Origin: an uncultured bacterium | Lineage (GTDB): Bacteria; Zhuqueibacterota; QNDG01; DSAB01 | Direction of reading: 5' to 3' | Assembly (NCBI GenBank): GCA_964617625.1 | Contig: CAZTZL010000007.1 | Location: 1,278-65,277 of the forward strand | DNA: 64,000 nt | Shown: positions 9,342-19,320 of the stretch, in pieces | How the letters are laid out: every line of letters begins with the position of its first letter | Position numbering within the stretch: the stretch's first letter is position 1 | Made by a program: the position numbers and the translations under genes | Notes under the pieces: model-generated | What the model was told of the DNA's origin: nothing | The model's database searches: none | Seen by the model: the letters and a program-made list of their open reading frames with translations, nothing else

Positions 9342-10493
9342 ATGAAACGTTCACAAAACAATTTCATTTTATGGTCTATGGTTCTGATGGTTTGTTTACT
9401 GTTTATTCAATGTCAAAATAAGGAGATGTCCGGTATGAAAATTGAGAAGAAAGATTTTGGGAAGACTAAAGACGGTGTTTCTGCCGATTTGTATTCGTTG
9501 ACCAATGCAAATGGGATGGAAGTCGATATCACAAATTATGGCGGTATCATCACATCCATCATCGTTCCTGACAAGGATGGCAATATGGGTGATGTCGCGC
9601 TGGGATTCGACAATCTTGATGATTATATGAAAAAGAGTCCCTACTTCGGCTGTATTGTCGGCCGGTACGGCAACCGGATTGCAAAAGGAAAATTTACGCT
9701 CAATGGTAAAACATATACACTTGCTGTTAATGACGGCCCCAATCATCTTCATGGCGGTATTGTCGGCTTTGACAAGGTCATCTGGGATGCCAAGGAAGTC
9801 CGCGGTGGGGATTATGTCGGTTTGAAACTTTCCTATCTCAGCAAGGACGGGGAAGAGGGTTATCCTGGAAATTTATCAGTCACAGTCACCTATCTGTTGA
9901 CCAATGACAATGAAATTAAAATCCAATATGAAGCCACCACCGATCAGCCTACTGTTTGCAACCTGACCAACCACACCTACTTTAACCTTGCCGATGGAGG
10001 CGCTTCTTCGATACTTGACCACGAGCTTATGATCGATGCGGATTCCATTACAGCAATCGATGAAACATCCATTCCCACTCAATTAATGCCAGTGGCAGGC
10101 ACGCCTTTCGATTTCAGGAAACCCAAAAAGATCGGTTTGGATATTAATAACGATGATCCACAAATAAAGAACGGTCAGGGATATGACCATAATTTCGTTC
10201 TCAATGGTAAATCGGGTACGCTTCGCCTTGCGGCCAGAGCTGTCGATCCTTCCACAGGACGCGTTCTCGAGGTCCTGACAGAAGAGCCCGGCATTCAGCT
10301 TTATACGGGTAATTTTCTGGATGGATCAATCACAGGAAAAGAGGGAAAAGTATATAAGTACAGAAACGGATTTTGTCTGGAAACACAGCACTATCCGGAT
10401 TCTCCAAATCAGCCGGACTTTCCGTCTACTGTGCTGAATCCGGGCGAGAAATATCAAACCACAACTATTTATAAATTTTCAGTAGAAAAATAA
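9342..10493 (+). CDS. galM: Aldose 1-epimerase (mutarotase), lipoprotein-type signal
   Basis: GRYGNRIA.G.F, NHLHGG, NLTNHTYFNL, GYDHNF, FCLETQHYPDSPN; LLFIQC lipobox-like. Confidence 0.93.
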   Translation: MKRSQNNFILWSMVLMVCLLFIQCQNKEMSGMKIEKKDFGKTKDGVSADLYSLTNANGMEVDITNYGGIITSIIVPDKDGNMGDVALGFDNLDDYMKKSPYFGCIVGRYGNRIAKGKFTLNGKTYTLAVNDGPNHLHGGIVGFDKVIWDAKEVRGGDYVGLKLSYLSKDGEEGYPGNLSVTVTYLLTNDNEIKIQYEATTDQPTVCNLTNHTYFNLADGGASSILDHELMIDADSITAIDETSIPTQLMPVAGTPFDFRKPKKIGLDINNDDPQIKNGQGYDHNFVLNGKSGTLRLAARAVDPSTGRVLEVLTEEPGIQLYTGNFLDGSITGKEGKVYKYRNGFCLETQHYPDSPNQPDFPSTVLNPGEKYQTTTIYKFSVEK

Positions 10494-10775
10494 TATTTAT
10501 TTCCAATCTTTCAGCAATATCGGAGAAGTCATGAGTGTGTGGTATTAGCGTATAAATTTTTCTTTTTATGATAGGGCTTGTTCCGGAAAATTGGAATGGG
10601 CCCTTATCATTTCTGACGAAACCATAACTTTGTTTTACGTTATAATTCTGCATTTTTTTTAGGAATACTAATATGAAAATTAAAATTCAGTCATATTTGT
10701 GTTTTTGATTGTAATAACAGAATTCATATTGTATATTTCAATGAAAATTATTTCAATAACTGTCCATTCCCAAAT

Positions 10776-11177
10776 ATGAAATCAGTAACAGGAAACGTGC
10801 CCAAGAAAAAAATATTATACATTGATCAGTCTCCCGAATCGATTGAATTGGCTCGGCGTATTCTGGAACATGGAGGTATCCGTTGTCAGCTTTTAGCAGC
10901 CATTGAGGCACAGGAAGGAATGAAGATCGCTGTGCAGGAAGTTCCCGATTTAATTCTGTTGGACATGCATTTCCCCGCCGGCAAAACATGGAAATTGATC
11001 GAGCAAATCCGTACGATTGAAAATCTCAAAGGGATTCCTGTCATTGGCGTTAGCTCAATGGATTACGAAGGGGAATTGCAAAAGGATGTGTCGAGCGGAT
11101 CTCAGCCGGATATGTATTTACAAAAACCTTTCGATATGGATATGCTGATTGACGCAGTTAAAAACTTTTTAAATTAG
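10776..11177 (+). CDS. Single-domain response regulator
   Basis: ILYIDQ, PDLILLDM (phospho-Asp), YLQKPF. Confidence 0.82.
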   Translation: MKSVTGNVPKKKILYIDQSPESIELARRILEHGGIRCQLLAAIEAQEGMKIAVQEVPDLILLDMHFPAGKTWKLIEQIRTIENLKGIPVIGVSSMDYEGELQKDVSSGSQPDMYLQKPFDMDMLIDAVKNFLN

Positions 11178-11206
11178 TCGATAGCAATTGACATGAATTC
11201 CCCCAA

Positions 11207-11248
11207 TAAAAAACACCCATATTTATAGTCTTTAATGGGTGTTTTTAT
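11207..11248. terminator. Bidirectional terminator between convergent receiver genes
   Basis: AAAAACACCCAT...ATGGGTGTTTTT inverted repeat. Confidence 0.65.
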
Positions 11249-11414
11249 CATATCAAAATTCTATATAATGTAAAAATATATGATCCCTTAAATAAAAATA
11301 TCGTCATATTAAAACATAAAGCAATCCTTCGCCCGGGATACGTTCCGCTGTCATTGTACCCCTTTCGATTAAATAGAATAATTTAAAATCCCGTCAATTT
11401 CTGACTCGCCACGG

Positions 11415-11789
11415 TCAGTTCACCTGACATTCCATTGCCCTGTTGATTTTGGACAATAGCTCTTCTGTCTGGAATGGTTTTGCCACAAAATCGGTTGCGC
11501 CCATTTCCATGACTTTTTCCTGCACTTCTTTACCAGGATAGGCTGTGATGAATATCACCGGAATGTTTTCTGTTCTCGTGTACATTTTCAGACTGTTGAA
11601 TGCGCTCAGACCGCCGATGGTTGGCATGCGAATGTCCATCAAAATCAGGTCCGGCTGTTCTGAATAGGCCTTTTTAATGGCCTGATTGCAATCCTGGGCA
11701 GTTACCACCAGCAAGTTGTTGGAGCGAAGTCTCGATGCCAAAAGTGTGAGAATATCGGGATCATCATCTGCAATCAAAATCTTTTTCAT
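11415..11789 (-). CDS. Single-domain response regulator
   Basis: ILIADDD, PDLILMDIRMP, FITA, FVAKPF. Confidence 0.9.
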   Translation of the reverse strand: MKKILIADDDPDILTLLASRLRSNNLLVVTAQDCNQAIKKAYSEQPDLILMDIRMPTIGGLSAFNSLKMYTRTENIPVIFITAYPGKEVQEKVMEMGATDFVAKPFQTEELLSKINRAMECQVN

Positions 11790-11838
11790 TATTTTCCTCC
11801 TGTTTCCGTGGTTTATTTGCCTTTTCGATTCATACCCC

Positions 11839-13635
11839 TTAGATCAGATAGTAGATCATTTTACGTAAAAGTTCTTCATCGACCGGTTTACTGATTGTTA
11901 AGATAGCCTTCTTGTTGATGTATTCATGGAATCTTCCTGTTTCCACTTCATATCCGGACATGATGACAATGGGAATGTCCTTGGTTTCAAAATTTTCTTT
12001 CAACCGGCCGATTACTTCATAACCGCTCATTCCGGGCATCTTCATGTCAAGGATGATCAATTCCGGTAATTTTCGCTGAATGCTTTCGAAAGCGCCCTCG
12101 CCGGTGTTCGCAATATCGATGTTCTTGTATCCAAAGAATTCGATTAATATTTTTGTCGCTTCGGTCAACTCGATTTCATCATCCACAATCAGAATTTTCT
12201 TGTTCAGTCTTTCGGCTTTTTCATTGAGAATGTGATTTCGACAATTGTCCAGCAACGCTTCTGCAATTTGACCGTCTTTTGGGAATGTGCTCATTCCGTA
12301 TGAAAAATCCAGTTCAAAGTCCGAAGCTGATTCTACAAAGGATTCCTTGATCATTCGGATCAGATGTTTGTTTAATTTGGTGATCTCTTTGAGCGGTTTC
12401 TCGATCAGCATGATTAATTCATTTGTTTCCTGCATGAAAGGCGCAATATGTTTTTCCTGCTCTTCAATCATCTGAATCATTTTTTCTTGTGATTCAATAA
12501 TCTTGTCCTGTCCTATTTTTTTTCGTATATCAGAATAGTTGTGAATATGATAATACAATAAGACAAATGCCTGGTTGGAGCTGGATATTCTTCTTTTAAT
12601 TTTTTCCAGCAATTCAATCCCGGGTTTGTATTTCGGAATAATAAAACCGAATGAACTTCCTTTATTGATTTTACTTTTTGCGAAAATCTCTCCGTCGTGT
12701 AATTGAACAATTTCCTTTGCAATGGAAAGCCCAAGACCTGAGCCGTTTTGCTCTAACTGAATTCCTGTGTAAAATTGCTCGAATTTGTCAAAAACTTTTG
12801 GGATGTTATCATCGGAGATTCCGATGCCGGTATCAGAAACGATACATTCCACGTGTTCATTTTCACACTGTGTTTTGATTTCAATCAAACCTTTTTCTGT
12901 AAATTTGACGGCGTTCCCGATTAAATTATTGATTACTTGAATGATCCGATCTCTGTCTACATAGACTTCCATTGATTTTTCCGGAAGGATTGTTTTAAGT
13001 TCCAGTCCCTTTTTCTTGACCAAAGGAATGAACGGATCCACTGCCAATTTGATGACATCAAGTAAATTATCTTTTCTTTTTTCAAGTCTGACTTTTCCAG
13101 CTTCGATTTTTGAGATATCGAGAAGATCATCCACCATACGTCTGAGGCGATCCGTATTTCTTATGCATAGAGACAAGAATTTTTTCTGGTCTTCATTCAC
13201 GTTCCCTGTAATGCCGTCGTGCACCTGGGCCACGGATTCCCGAATAATCGTCAGTGGAGTACGCAGTTCGTGAGAAACATTTCTGATAAATTCATCTTTT
13301 AGCTGATCAATCAGGATTTGTTGTGTAATATCTCGAATAGATACCAAAAAGGCTCTTTCGCCTTCCCATTCGATATCGACTGTACGAAGCCTCCCGACAC
13401 CCGTTTTACCATTTTCTCGCGTAATGCAAATTTCGTAAGTTTCCTCTTCTTCCAACGTATAGATAAACCGGTCTCCGGGAACAGTCGCATGATTGCTGTT
13501 GCCCAAAATCAAGGATGCTGCGGAATTCATGTACTTTATAACGCGATTTTTGTCGACCACCAGAATGCCCTCATCGCTTTTTTCGATAATGGCTTGAAGA
13601 CACTTTAAATCGATGTCTGAATCTGTTGTTATCAT
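11839..13635 (-). CDS. Hybrid histidine kinase: PAS-HisKA-HATPase-degenerate GGDEF-like-REC
   Basis: SHELRTPL H-box, NLIGNAVKFT, DTGIGI, GSGLGLSI; insert ending FSYGMSTFPKDG; C-terminal LIILDMKMP receiver. Confidence 0.88.
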   Translation of the reverse strand: MITTDSDIDLKCLQAIIEKSDEGILVVDKNRVIKYMNSAASLILGNSNHATVPGDRFIYTLEEEETYEICITRENGKTGVGRLRTVDIEWEGERAFLVSIRDITQQILIDQLKDEFIRNVSHELRTPLTIIRESVAQVHDGITGNVNEDQKKFLSLCIRNTDRLRRMVDDLLDISKIEAGKVRLEKRKDNLLDVIKLAVDPFIPLVKKKGLELKTILPEKSMEVYVDRDRIIQVINNLIGNAVKFTEKGLIEIKTQCENEHVECIVSDTGIGISDDNIPKVFDKFEQFYTGIQLEQNGSGLGLSIAKEIVQLHDGEIFAKSKINKGSSFGFIIPKYKPGIELLEKIKRRISSSNQAFVLLYYHIHNYSDIRKKIGQDKIIESQEKMIQMIEEQEKHIAPFMQETNELIMLIEKPLKEITKLNKHLIRMIKESFVESASDFELDFSYGMSTFPKDGQIAEALLDNCRNHILNEKAERLNKKILIVDDEIELTEATKILIEFFGYKNIDIANTGEGAFESIQRKLPELIILDMKMPGMSGYEVIGRLKENFETKDIPIVIMSGYEVETGRFHEYINKKAILTISKPVDEELLRKMIYYLI

Positions 13636-13754
13636 TTTGAAAGATTGTCCCTTCTGGATAGGAAAAATCTACCGATAGTATTCACTTATCTCAGGATAAA
13701 ATAGACTTTTTCCAATATCAATGTCGAGCTATTTTAAGAATCCACAATTAATGC

Positions 13755-13771
13755 TGCATCTATAATGCCAG
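13755..13771 (-). promoter_or_regulatory. Sigma54 (-24/-12) promoter upstream of the hybrid kinase
   Basis: Minus strand CTGGCAT-TATAG-ATGCA (GG-N10-GC), 120 bp before ATG 13635. Confidence 0.65.
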
Positions 13772-13831
13772 AATATTGCAGAAGATCAGTTTATGTTATC
13801 ATGAGATTTATACAGGAAAAAGGAGATCGAA

Positions 13832-15598
13832 TTAATCGGATATTGGCAACTGGATGCTTGCTGTGGTTCCTTCTCCCAATCGACTGGTGTATTTCAAATC
13901 GCCATTGTGGGATTTCACAATTCCATAACAGACGGAGAGACCCAGGCCTGTGCCGTGTTCTTTTGTTGTAAAAAATGGATCAAAGATTTGTTGCATATCG
14001 CTTTCAGAAATTCCATCTCCTGTATCGGTAAAGTCAATTTGAATGTCATCGCCTTTATGTTTTGTGACCACAGTGATAGTACCCCCATCCGTTATTGCCT
14101 CAAATGCATTTCTGAGGAGGTTCATGAACACCTCCTGCATTTGTTTTTCATCTATTTCTACAGTGGGGAGAGGAGAAGTGAATTCCTTCAATATCTTGAC
14201 ATTTTTTTGCTTAAATTGCGGTTCTACCAGGTTAATCACAAAATCGACGGAATTATTGATATTGACTTTCATATAATCCCTTTTACTCGGTTTTGAAAAC
14301 ATGAGCAGCCGTTTCACGATATCATTGATCTGATCACATTGTTTCTTGATAATCGTTAAATCTTTTTCCAGGTCTTTGTTGTCAGGTTTCCGCATGAGTG
14401 AAATGCTGCTTCTTGTGGATATAACGGCGATTTGATTTTTTACTTCATGCGCCATATCTGCGGCCAGTTTCCCTAGCTGGGTCAACCGCTGGGATTCCTC
14501 GATTTTCTTACGTTCCGTGATGTCCCGGAAAACGCCCCGAATTCCCTGAAATTGTCCTTCGTTGTTAAATATGGCTACGGCTTTCATCTCACCAAAGATT
14601 TTCTTCCGTGTTTTTGTTTCCCAAAAAAGTTGATGGATATTTTCTCCGGCTTCCATCAGTTCCTGACGCCTTGTTTTAGACTCTTCGAGATTGTCTTTAT
14701 CCAGAATTTCAGAGAAAGGCATTCCCATCATTTCCTCTTTTGTGTACCCAAGCGTATTGGCCATGGCATTGTTAATATAGGTAAATTGCCCGTCGGCATT
14801 GGTGATATACATCAAATCGCTTGCGGTTTCCATGAAAGTGCGGAATTTTTCTTCGGAATCCCGAAGGGATTTTTCCATCCGTTTTCGTTCCGTGATATTA
14901 CTGACGATGCTTTGCATGATTCCCTTTTTAAGATCCACGATGCTCGAACTGATCTCCACGTCGATTGCAGAGCCGTCCATTTTCTTGAATTTCGATTCGA
15001 AACGTATCGATCCGGTTTTTACATTGGTTCTGAATGCTGCTTTGGAGCGGATCAATTCCTCTTCCGTTTGAAGATCATGAAAGGGAATCTTGATGAGTTT
15101 TTCTTTTGAATAGCCTAACATGTCACAGGCTTTTTTGTTAATGTCAAGAATTGTTCCGTCAAAATCGTAAATAAAGACAGCGTCATTTGAATATTCAAAG
15201 AGCCGCCGAAAGTAATCTTCCTGATTTTTCAGTGTTTTTTCAGCTTCCTGATAGTCCGAACTGATTTGATTGAGATCGTAAATCTCATTGGTTGCTTTTT
15301 GTAAATCAGAGACAAGATTATTTAAGGATTTACAGAGTTCTCCGATTTCATCTTTTGAATCTGATTCAATTCTGTAATCGAGATTACCGGATCGAACAAT
15401 TTCGATGCTTTTATTCATGTTTTGTATCGGTTTATACACCATTCTCGATGAAATAAAACCAATCAATGCTGTAAAAAGCATAATGATAGAATAGACTGCG
15501 ATGTGCGGTATCCCGATGTTTGTCAGGTAAAACGTAATACCGATGACGGCTATCGCTGTGAAAAAAAATATTAAAATGATTTTAACTATCAGTTTCAT
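13832..15598 (-). CDS. Membrane sensor histidine kinase (2TM-HAMP-PAS-PAS-HisKA-HATPase)
   Basis: HAMP SKDEIGEL, two PAS domains, AHEVKN H-box, NLLRNA, DTGDGI, FFTTK, GTGLGLS; start at 15598 coupled (TGA-A-ATG) to the HD-GYP stop. Confidence 0.88.
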   Translation of the reverse strand: MKLIVKIILIFFFTAIAVIGITFYLTNIGIPHIAVYSIIMLFTALIGFISSRMVYKPIQNMNKSIEIVRSGNLDYRIESDSKDEIGELCKSLNNLVSDLQKATNEIYDLNQISSDYQEAEKTLKNQEDYFRRLFEYSNDAVFIYDFDGTILDINKKACDMLGYSKEKLIKIPFHDLQTEEELIRSKAAFRTNVKTGSIRFESKFKKMDGSAIDVEISSSIVDLKKGIMQSIVSNITERKRMEKSLRDSEEKFRTFMETASDLMYITNADGQFTYINNAMANTLGYTKEEMMGMPFSEILDKDNLEESKTRRQELMEAGENIHQLFWETKTRKKIFGEMKAVAIFNNEGQFQGIRGVFRDITERKKIEESQRLTQLGKLAADMAHEVKNQIAVISTRSSISLMRKPDNKDLEKDLTIIKKQCDQINDIVKRLLMFSKPSKRDYMKVNINNSVDFVINLVEPQFKQKNVKILKEFTSPLPTVEIDEKQMQEVFMNLLRNAFEAITDGGTITVVTKHKGDDIQIDFTDTGDGISESDMQQIFDPFFTTKEHGTGLGLSVCYGIVKSHNGDLKYTSRLGEGTTASIQLPISD

Positions 15599-15599
15599 T

Positions 15600-17024
15600 T
15601 CAACGGTATTTCTCCGGAATATTAAATTTTTCCAGAGGAGGAATGGATTTGACAATTGATTTTTTAAATTGCCCTTTTTTATTCTTTTCCATCAAATTCA
15701 TAATGCGAGGTTCGTCATACTTTTCACCGAATTTGTTATAGAGGATTTCCACTTGGGGACGTTTGATGTCGAACATACTGGCTTGAATTACAAGTGCAAT
15801 TTCCTGGGTGTCCAGTTCTACCAGTGTTCCCGGCGGATAAAGTCCGATGATACTGAAAAAATTCTTCAGCAGATCCGGATGAAAATGTTTCCCGGAGAGT
15901 TTCATCATTTCTTCATGTGCCCTTTCAGGACCTCCTTCTTCATAGTAAAACGGTTTTCGTCTCAACTGGTCGTAGTAATCGGAAATCGCTATCATCATGC
16001 TGATGAGGTTTAATTTTTTCCCATACAGTTTTCTAGGATATCCAGTCATATCGTATCGCATGCCATGTTCAAAAGCCGTAATGGCAGGGAGTACGCCGAT
16101 GCCTTCTGTTTCCAAAAGAATCTTTGCGCCTGTAACGTCCTCATCTGCTCTTTTACGTTCTTTTTCATCCGTGAAATAGGCTTCCCATGAAGATTCTTCC
16201 CCTTCTTCTTTACTGCCTTCCGGATCAGCAATTCTACCGATATCGTGTAGAATGGCAGCCATACCGATATCGCTCAGATATTTTTGTTCCAGTCCCAACA
16301 TTTCAGCCTGTAAAAGTGTAAATATTGAAACATTGATGCCGTGTTGAAATACATCTTCATCATGACCGCGCATGGATGTCAGTAAAAGGAGAAGATATTT
16401 ATTTTTCAAGAGATTGGTCATTAATCCTTCAACGATCTGTCTGGCAGAATCCACATTGAGCCGCTGGTTGCCCTTCAGATTTTTAAAGGTTTTTGTTAAA
16501 AATTTAACACTTCCCTTATAATTTTTTTTAACCAAATCATCGATACGATCTTGGGTTATTGGAAGGCTCGATTTCTTTTCCATCAGACCAATCTCTCCGA
16601 TGGCGATATGACGGATGTTGGAATCGTAAAAACGTTGTTTGATTTCTTGTTTTATATCGGCAGTTTTAGGCCTTTTTGTAATAATATTCACAAATTCCAT
16701 GAGCTCGTTTTTTTGAACACCATTCATAAAACTTATTTTCTTGATGCCAAGCGTTTTCAAATGATCGATAAAATTCTGTCTTCTTGAACTTGTTTCAAAG
16801 AGAGGCTCTTTTTCGAATGCGATTTCGTCGCCAATAATACCGATTGTGATTTCTGGTCTATCCATCAAAATATCATTCAAATTGTCACTGAGATGATCAA
16901 TAGCACTCGTTGTGAGTGCATGGTCTTCGCCGTACATGCTCCTTATCTGTATTCCCCTGGCAATATGAGCAATCAATTCATCGATTTTTTCTCTGATTCC
17001 TGATTGTGGCATGAATGACCTCAT
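15600..17024 (-). CDS. HD-GYP domain protein with uncharacterised N-terminal domain
   Basis: QHGINVS, AAILHDIGR, EHGMRYDMTGYP, ISDYYD, PPGTLVEL. Confidence 0.85.
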   Translation of the reverse strand: MRSFMPQSGIREKIDELIAHIARGIQIRSMYGEDHALTTSAIDHLSDNLNDILMDRPEITIGIIGDEIAFEKEPLFETSSRRQNFIDHLKTLGIKKISFMNGVQKNELMEFVNIITKRPKTADIKQEIKQRFYDSNIRHIAIGEIGLMEKKSSLPITQDRIDDLVKKNYKGSVKFLTKTFKNLKGNQRLNVDSARQIVEGLMTNLLKNKYLLLLLTSMRGHDEDVFQHGINVSIFTLLQAEMLGLEQKYLSDIGMAAILHDIGRIADPEGSKEEGEESSWEAYFTDEKERKRADEDVTGAKILLETEGIGVLPAITAFEHGMRYDMTGYPRKLYGKKLNLISMMIAISDYYDQLRRKPFYYEEGGPERAHEEMMKLSGKHFHPDLLKNFFSIIGLYPPGTLVELDTQEIALVIQASMFDIKRPQVEILYNKFGEKYDEPRIMNLMEKNKKGQFKKSIVKSIPPLEKFNIPEKYR

Positions 17025-19273
17025 CTTGTTTGTAATTTCATATTTTCGTTCAGCTTGATGATGATTTCGACTCTCTCTTTAACCCGTTTGCTCTTGTCAT
17101 GAAATCCGCTCCGCACCAGTTCAGTGGCTTCATCAATTTGAAGGCGTGAGAGACTGGTTACTGTGGCTACGCGCAGGTCGTCTCGCCTTTTTGAATTAAA
17201 AAGCGCCTTCTTCTGATATATCTTTTTTAAATGGAGCAACGACTCCTGGGCTCTTACATGTCCGCAAAGTTCAACGAGTTGAATGAGAAACTTGTGGTGA
17301 AAAATATTTCTACTGGTGTAGTCAAACAATTTTTTAATGATCTCGGGATTCTTTGTTTTTAATAACAGAGAAGCGGCTTTTTTCTTGACTTCTTTATTTT
17401 TTTCTTTTTTAAAGATTTTGAATACGTCTGTTCTCTCAATTTCTGTGCCTGGTTCAAATTTTTCCAGGGCCACCCATCGGACCTGGGCGTTTTTATGACT
17501 CATAAGTTTTTTTGTAACCAGGTGGGCCTTTTCCGGTGCGGACTCTTTCAGGATGTTGAGTAAATCCCTTACCACGACTGGTTCACAATATTCAAGACGA
17601 TCGACAACTTCGGTGGCTATTTTTTCTCTCATTTGGAGAAAAATGTATCTGAATTTATTGCGATGAGCAGGATTTTTATTGACTATGTAAGCATCCACAA
17701 GTGATTTAGCTGATTCGTACTCGGATTTGAGAAGAATGTAGGTAATGTTATCCAAATCCATTTTACTGGCTTCAGGAATCAAGGCGATAATGCTGTCTAC
17801 AGTTTCCTTGCTGGTGATTTTCTCTATACCTTCTTTAATCTCCGAGATGATTTTATTATTTTTTCGCTGTTCAGGGCGAGTTTTTTCAGTATAGAATTCA
17901 ACAATTTCTTTGATTCTTTCAGTATCCTTTGAATCCAGCAGTTCCGGAAGAATGCTGACCACCTTATCTGTAAATTTTTTAAAATCTTCTGGTTTGTTTT
18001 CGAGCCATAAAATGTTTAGGAGGAGCCATAGTTTCTCTTTTTTAAGTTCTTCGTCTTCCATGGACTGAACGAATTTATTGATTAGAGGTGTGAGCCTGGC
18101 CACGTAAACAAGTGTATCCACTTTTTTATTGATAACCGCATCTACAGTGATGTTGTAAATCTGTTTCATGAAGTTGCTGTCGGGATGTTTCTTGAAAATT
18201 TCCATGATTGACATTTGGAGTTTGGAGAGAGTTTCCGGATTGACTATTCTTTTACTGAACAATTTATCAGCAACCATCATGACCATGTTGTCTGATTTAC
18301 TTGAATCAGGCGCAAGCTTATCGAACACCTTGAGGAGATTTTCGTTAAAAGTATCTTCATTGCTGATCAGTGACTCGATAAATTCTGCGATATAGCTTTC
18401 CGAGAAATCCTTGGTGATGGCTTCTGCAAGGTCGAATTCCTGATCTGTATCAACGGTTTGTTCGAACAGAATATTGATTAAATCCGGATGGAGCTGTGCA
18501 ATCACATTCATTAATTTTACTTTAAGGTCTTTTACATTGTCTGAGGAATATTGGTCAAAATATTCACAGATTTTTGTGATGGTACTTCGTATGTCTTTAA
18601 CAGTATTTTCGTCCTGAAGATGATTTACTGCTTCTCTGTACACTTTGTTCAGGGTTGAAGCCGATTTCTTTTCATCTGCAAAGAAATCTACAAGGAATTC
18701 CATTTTGGAGTTGGGAAGTTTGCCAGTTTTGGATTCTTCTACGATATCAAATAAAAACTTCCATATTTTTTCCTCTTCCGAAACAACTTTTTGGCTGGCT
18801 CTTTCCAAAAGGGAACTGTAATCGAGTTCCTTGAGTCTTAAATGATTGCTATTGGATATATTTTTTAAAATACCGCCTTTTTCGCGGATGGTTTTCCGGT
18901 CTTGGCCAATAAAAGTAAAAAATGTTTTAAGTTCATCAATTTGGATTCCCTGCAGAATCGTCAGGGAGCTTAATCCCCGCGTGTGTAAATAATTTGCGAC
19001 TTCACTGTAACAATCGTCCTTATTGTCTATCAATTTCCCGTCAATATAGAGCTGATCCTGAGAAAAGCCCAGGTTGAATTGATTTTTCAAACCAAACCAT
19101 TTGTCCAGTGAAGTTTTAAAATTGTTTATCGAATAAACATTAATAGGATGATCAGATGCGTAGAAAACACTGTTTTTCAATGTGATACGCAAATTTCGTA
19201 TAATGGGATCAAACAGTTTGATATTTAGTTCGGTTTTTTCCAATATATTTCTCCTGCTTGAATCAAATAACAT
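17021..19273 (-). CDS. Large helical HEAT-repeat protein
   Basis: 750 aa; C-terminal HEAT-like units (KNAQVRWVAL, KNKEVKKKAA, DDLRVATVTSL, KSKRVKE); 4-bp overlap with the HD-GYP gene. Confidence 0.72.
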   Translation of the reverse strand: MLFDSSRRNILEKTELNIKLFDPIIRNLRITLKNSVFYASDHPINVYSINNFKTSLDKWFGLKNQFNLGFSQDQLYIDGKLIDNKDDCYSEVANYLHTRGLSSLTILQGIQIDELKTFFTFIGQDRKTIREKGGILKNISNSNHLRLKELDYSSLLERASQKVVSEEEKIWKFLFDIVEESKTGKLPNSKMEFLVDFFADEKKSASTLNKVYREAVNHLQDENTVKDIRSTITKICEYFDQYSSDNVKDLKVKLMNVIAQLHPDLINILFEQTVDTDQEFDLAEAITKDFSESYIAEFIESLISNEDTFNENLLKVFDKLAPDSSKSDNMVMMVADKLFSKRIVNPETLSKLQMSIMEIFKKHPDSNFMKQIYNITVDAVINKKVDTLVYVARLTPLINKFVQSMEDEELKKEKLWLLLNILWLENKPEDFKKFTDKVVSILPELLDSKDTERIKEIVEFYTEKTRPEQRKNNKIISEIKEGIEKITSKETVDSIIALIPEASKMDLDNITYILLKSEYESAKSLVDAYIVNKNPAHRNKFRYIFLQMREKIATEVVDRLEYCEPVVVRDLLNILKESAPEKAHLVTKKLMSHKNAQVRWVALEKFEPGTEIERTDVFKIFKKEKNKEVKKKAASLLLKTKNPEIIKKLFDYTSRNIFHHKFLIQLVELCGHVRAQESLLHLKKIYQKKALFNSKRRDDLRVATVTSLSRLQIDEATELVRSGFHDKSKRVKERVEIIIKLNENMKLQTR

Positions 19274-19320
19274 TCAATTTGGTATTGCACTACTGGTTAA
19301 TGTCCTGATTTAATTTAAAT

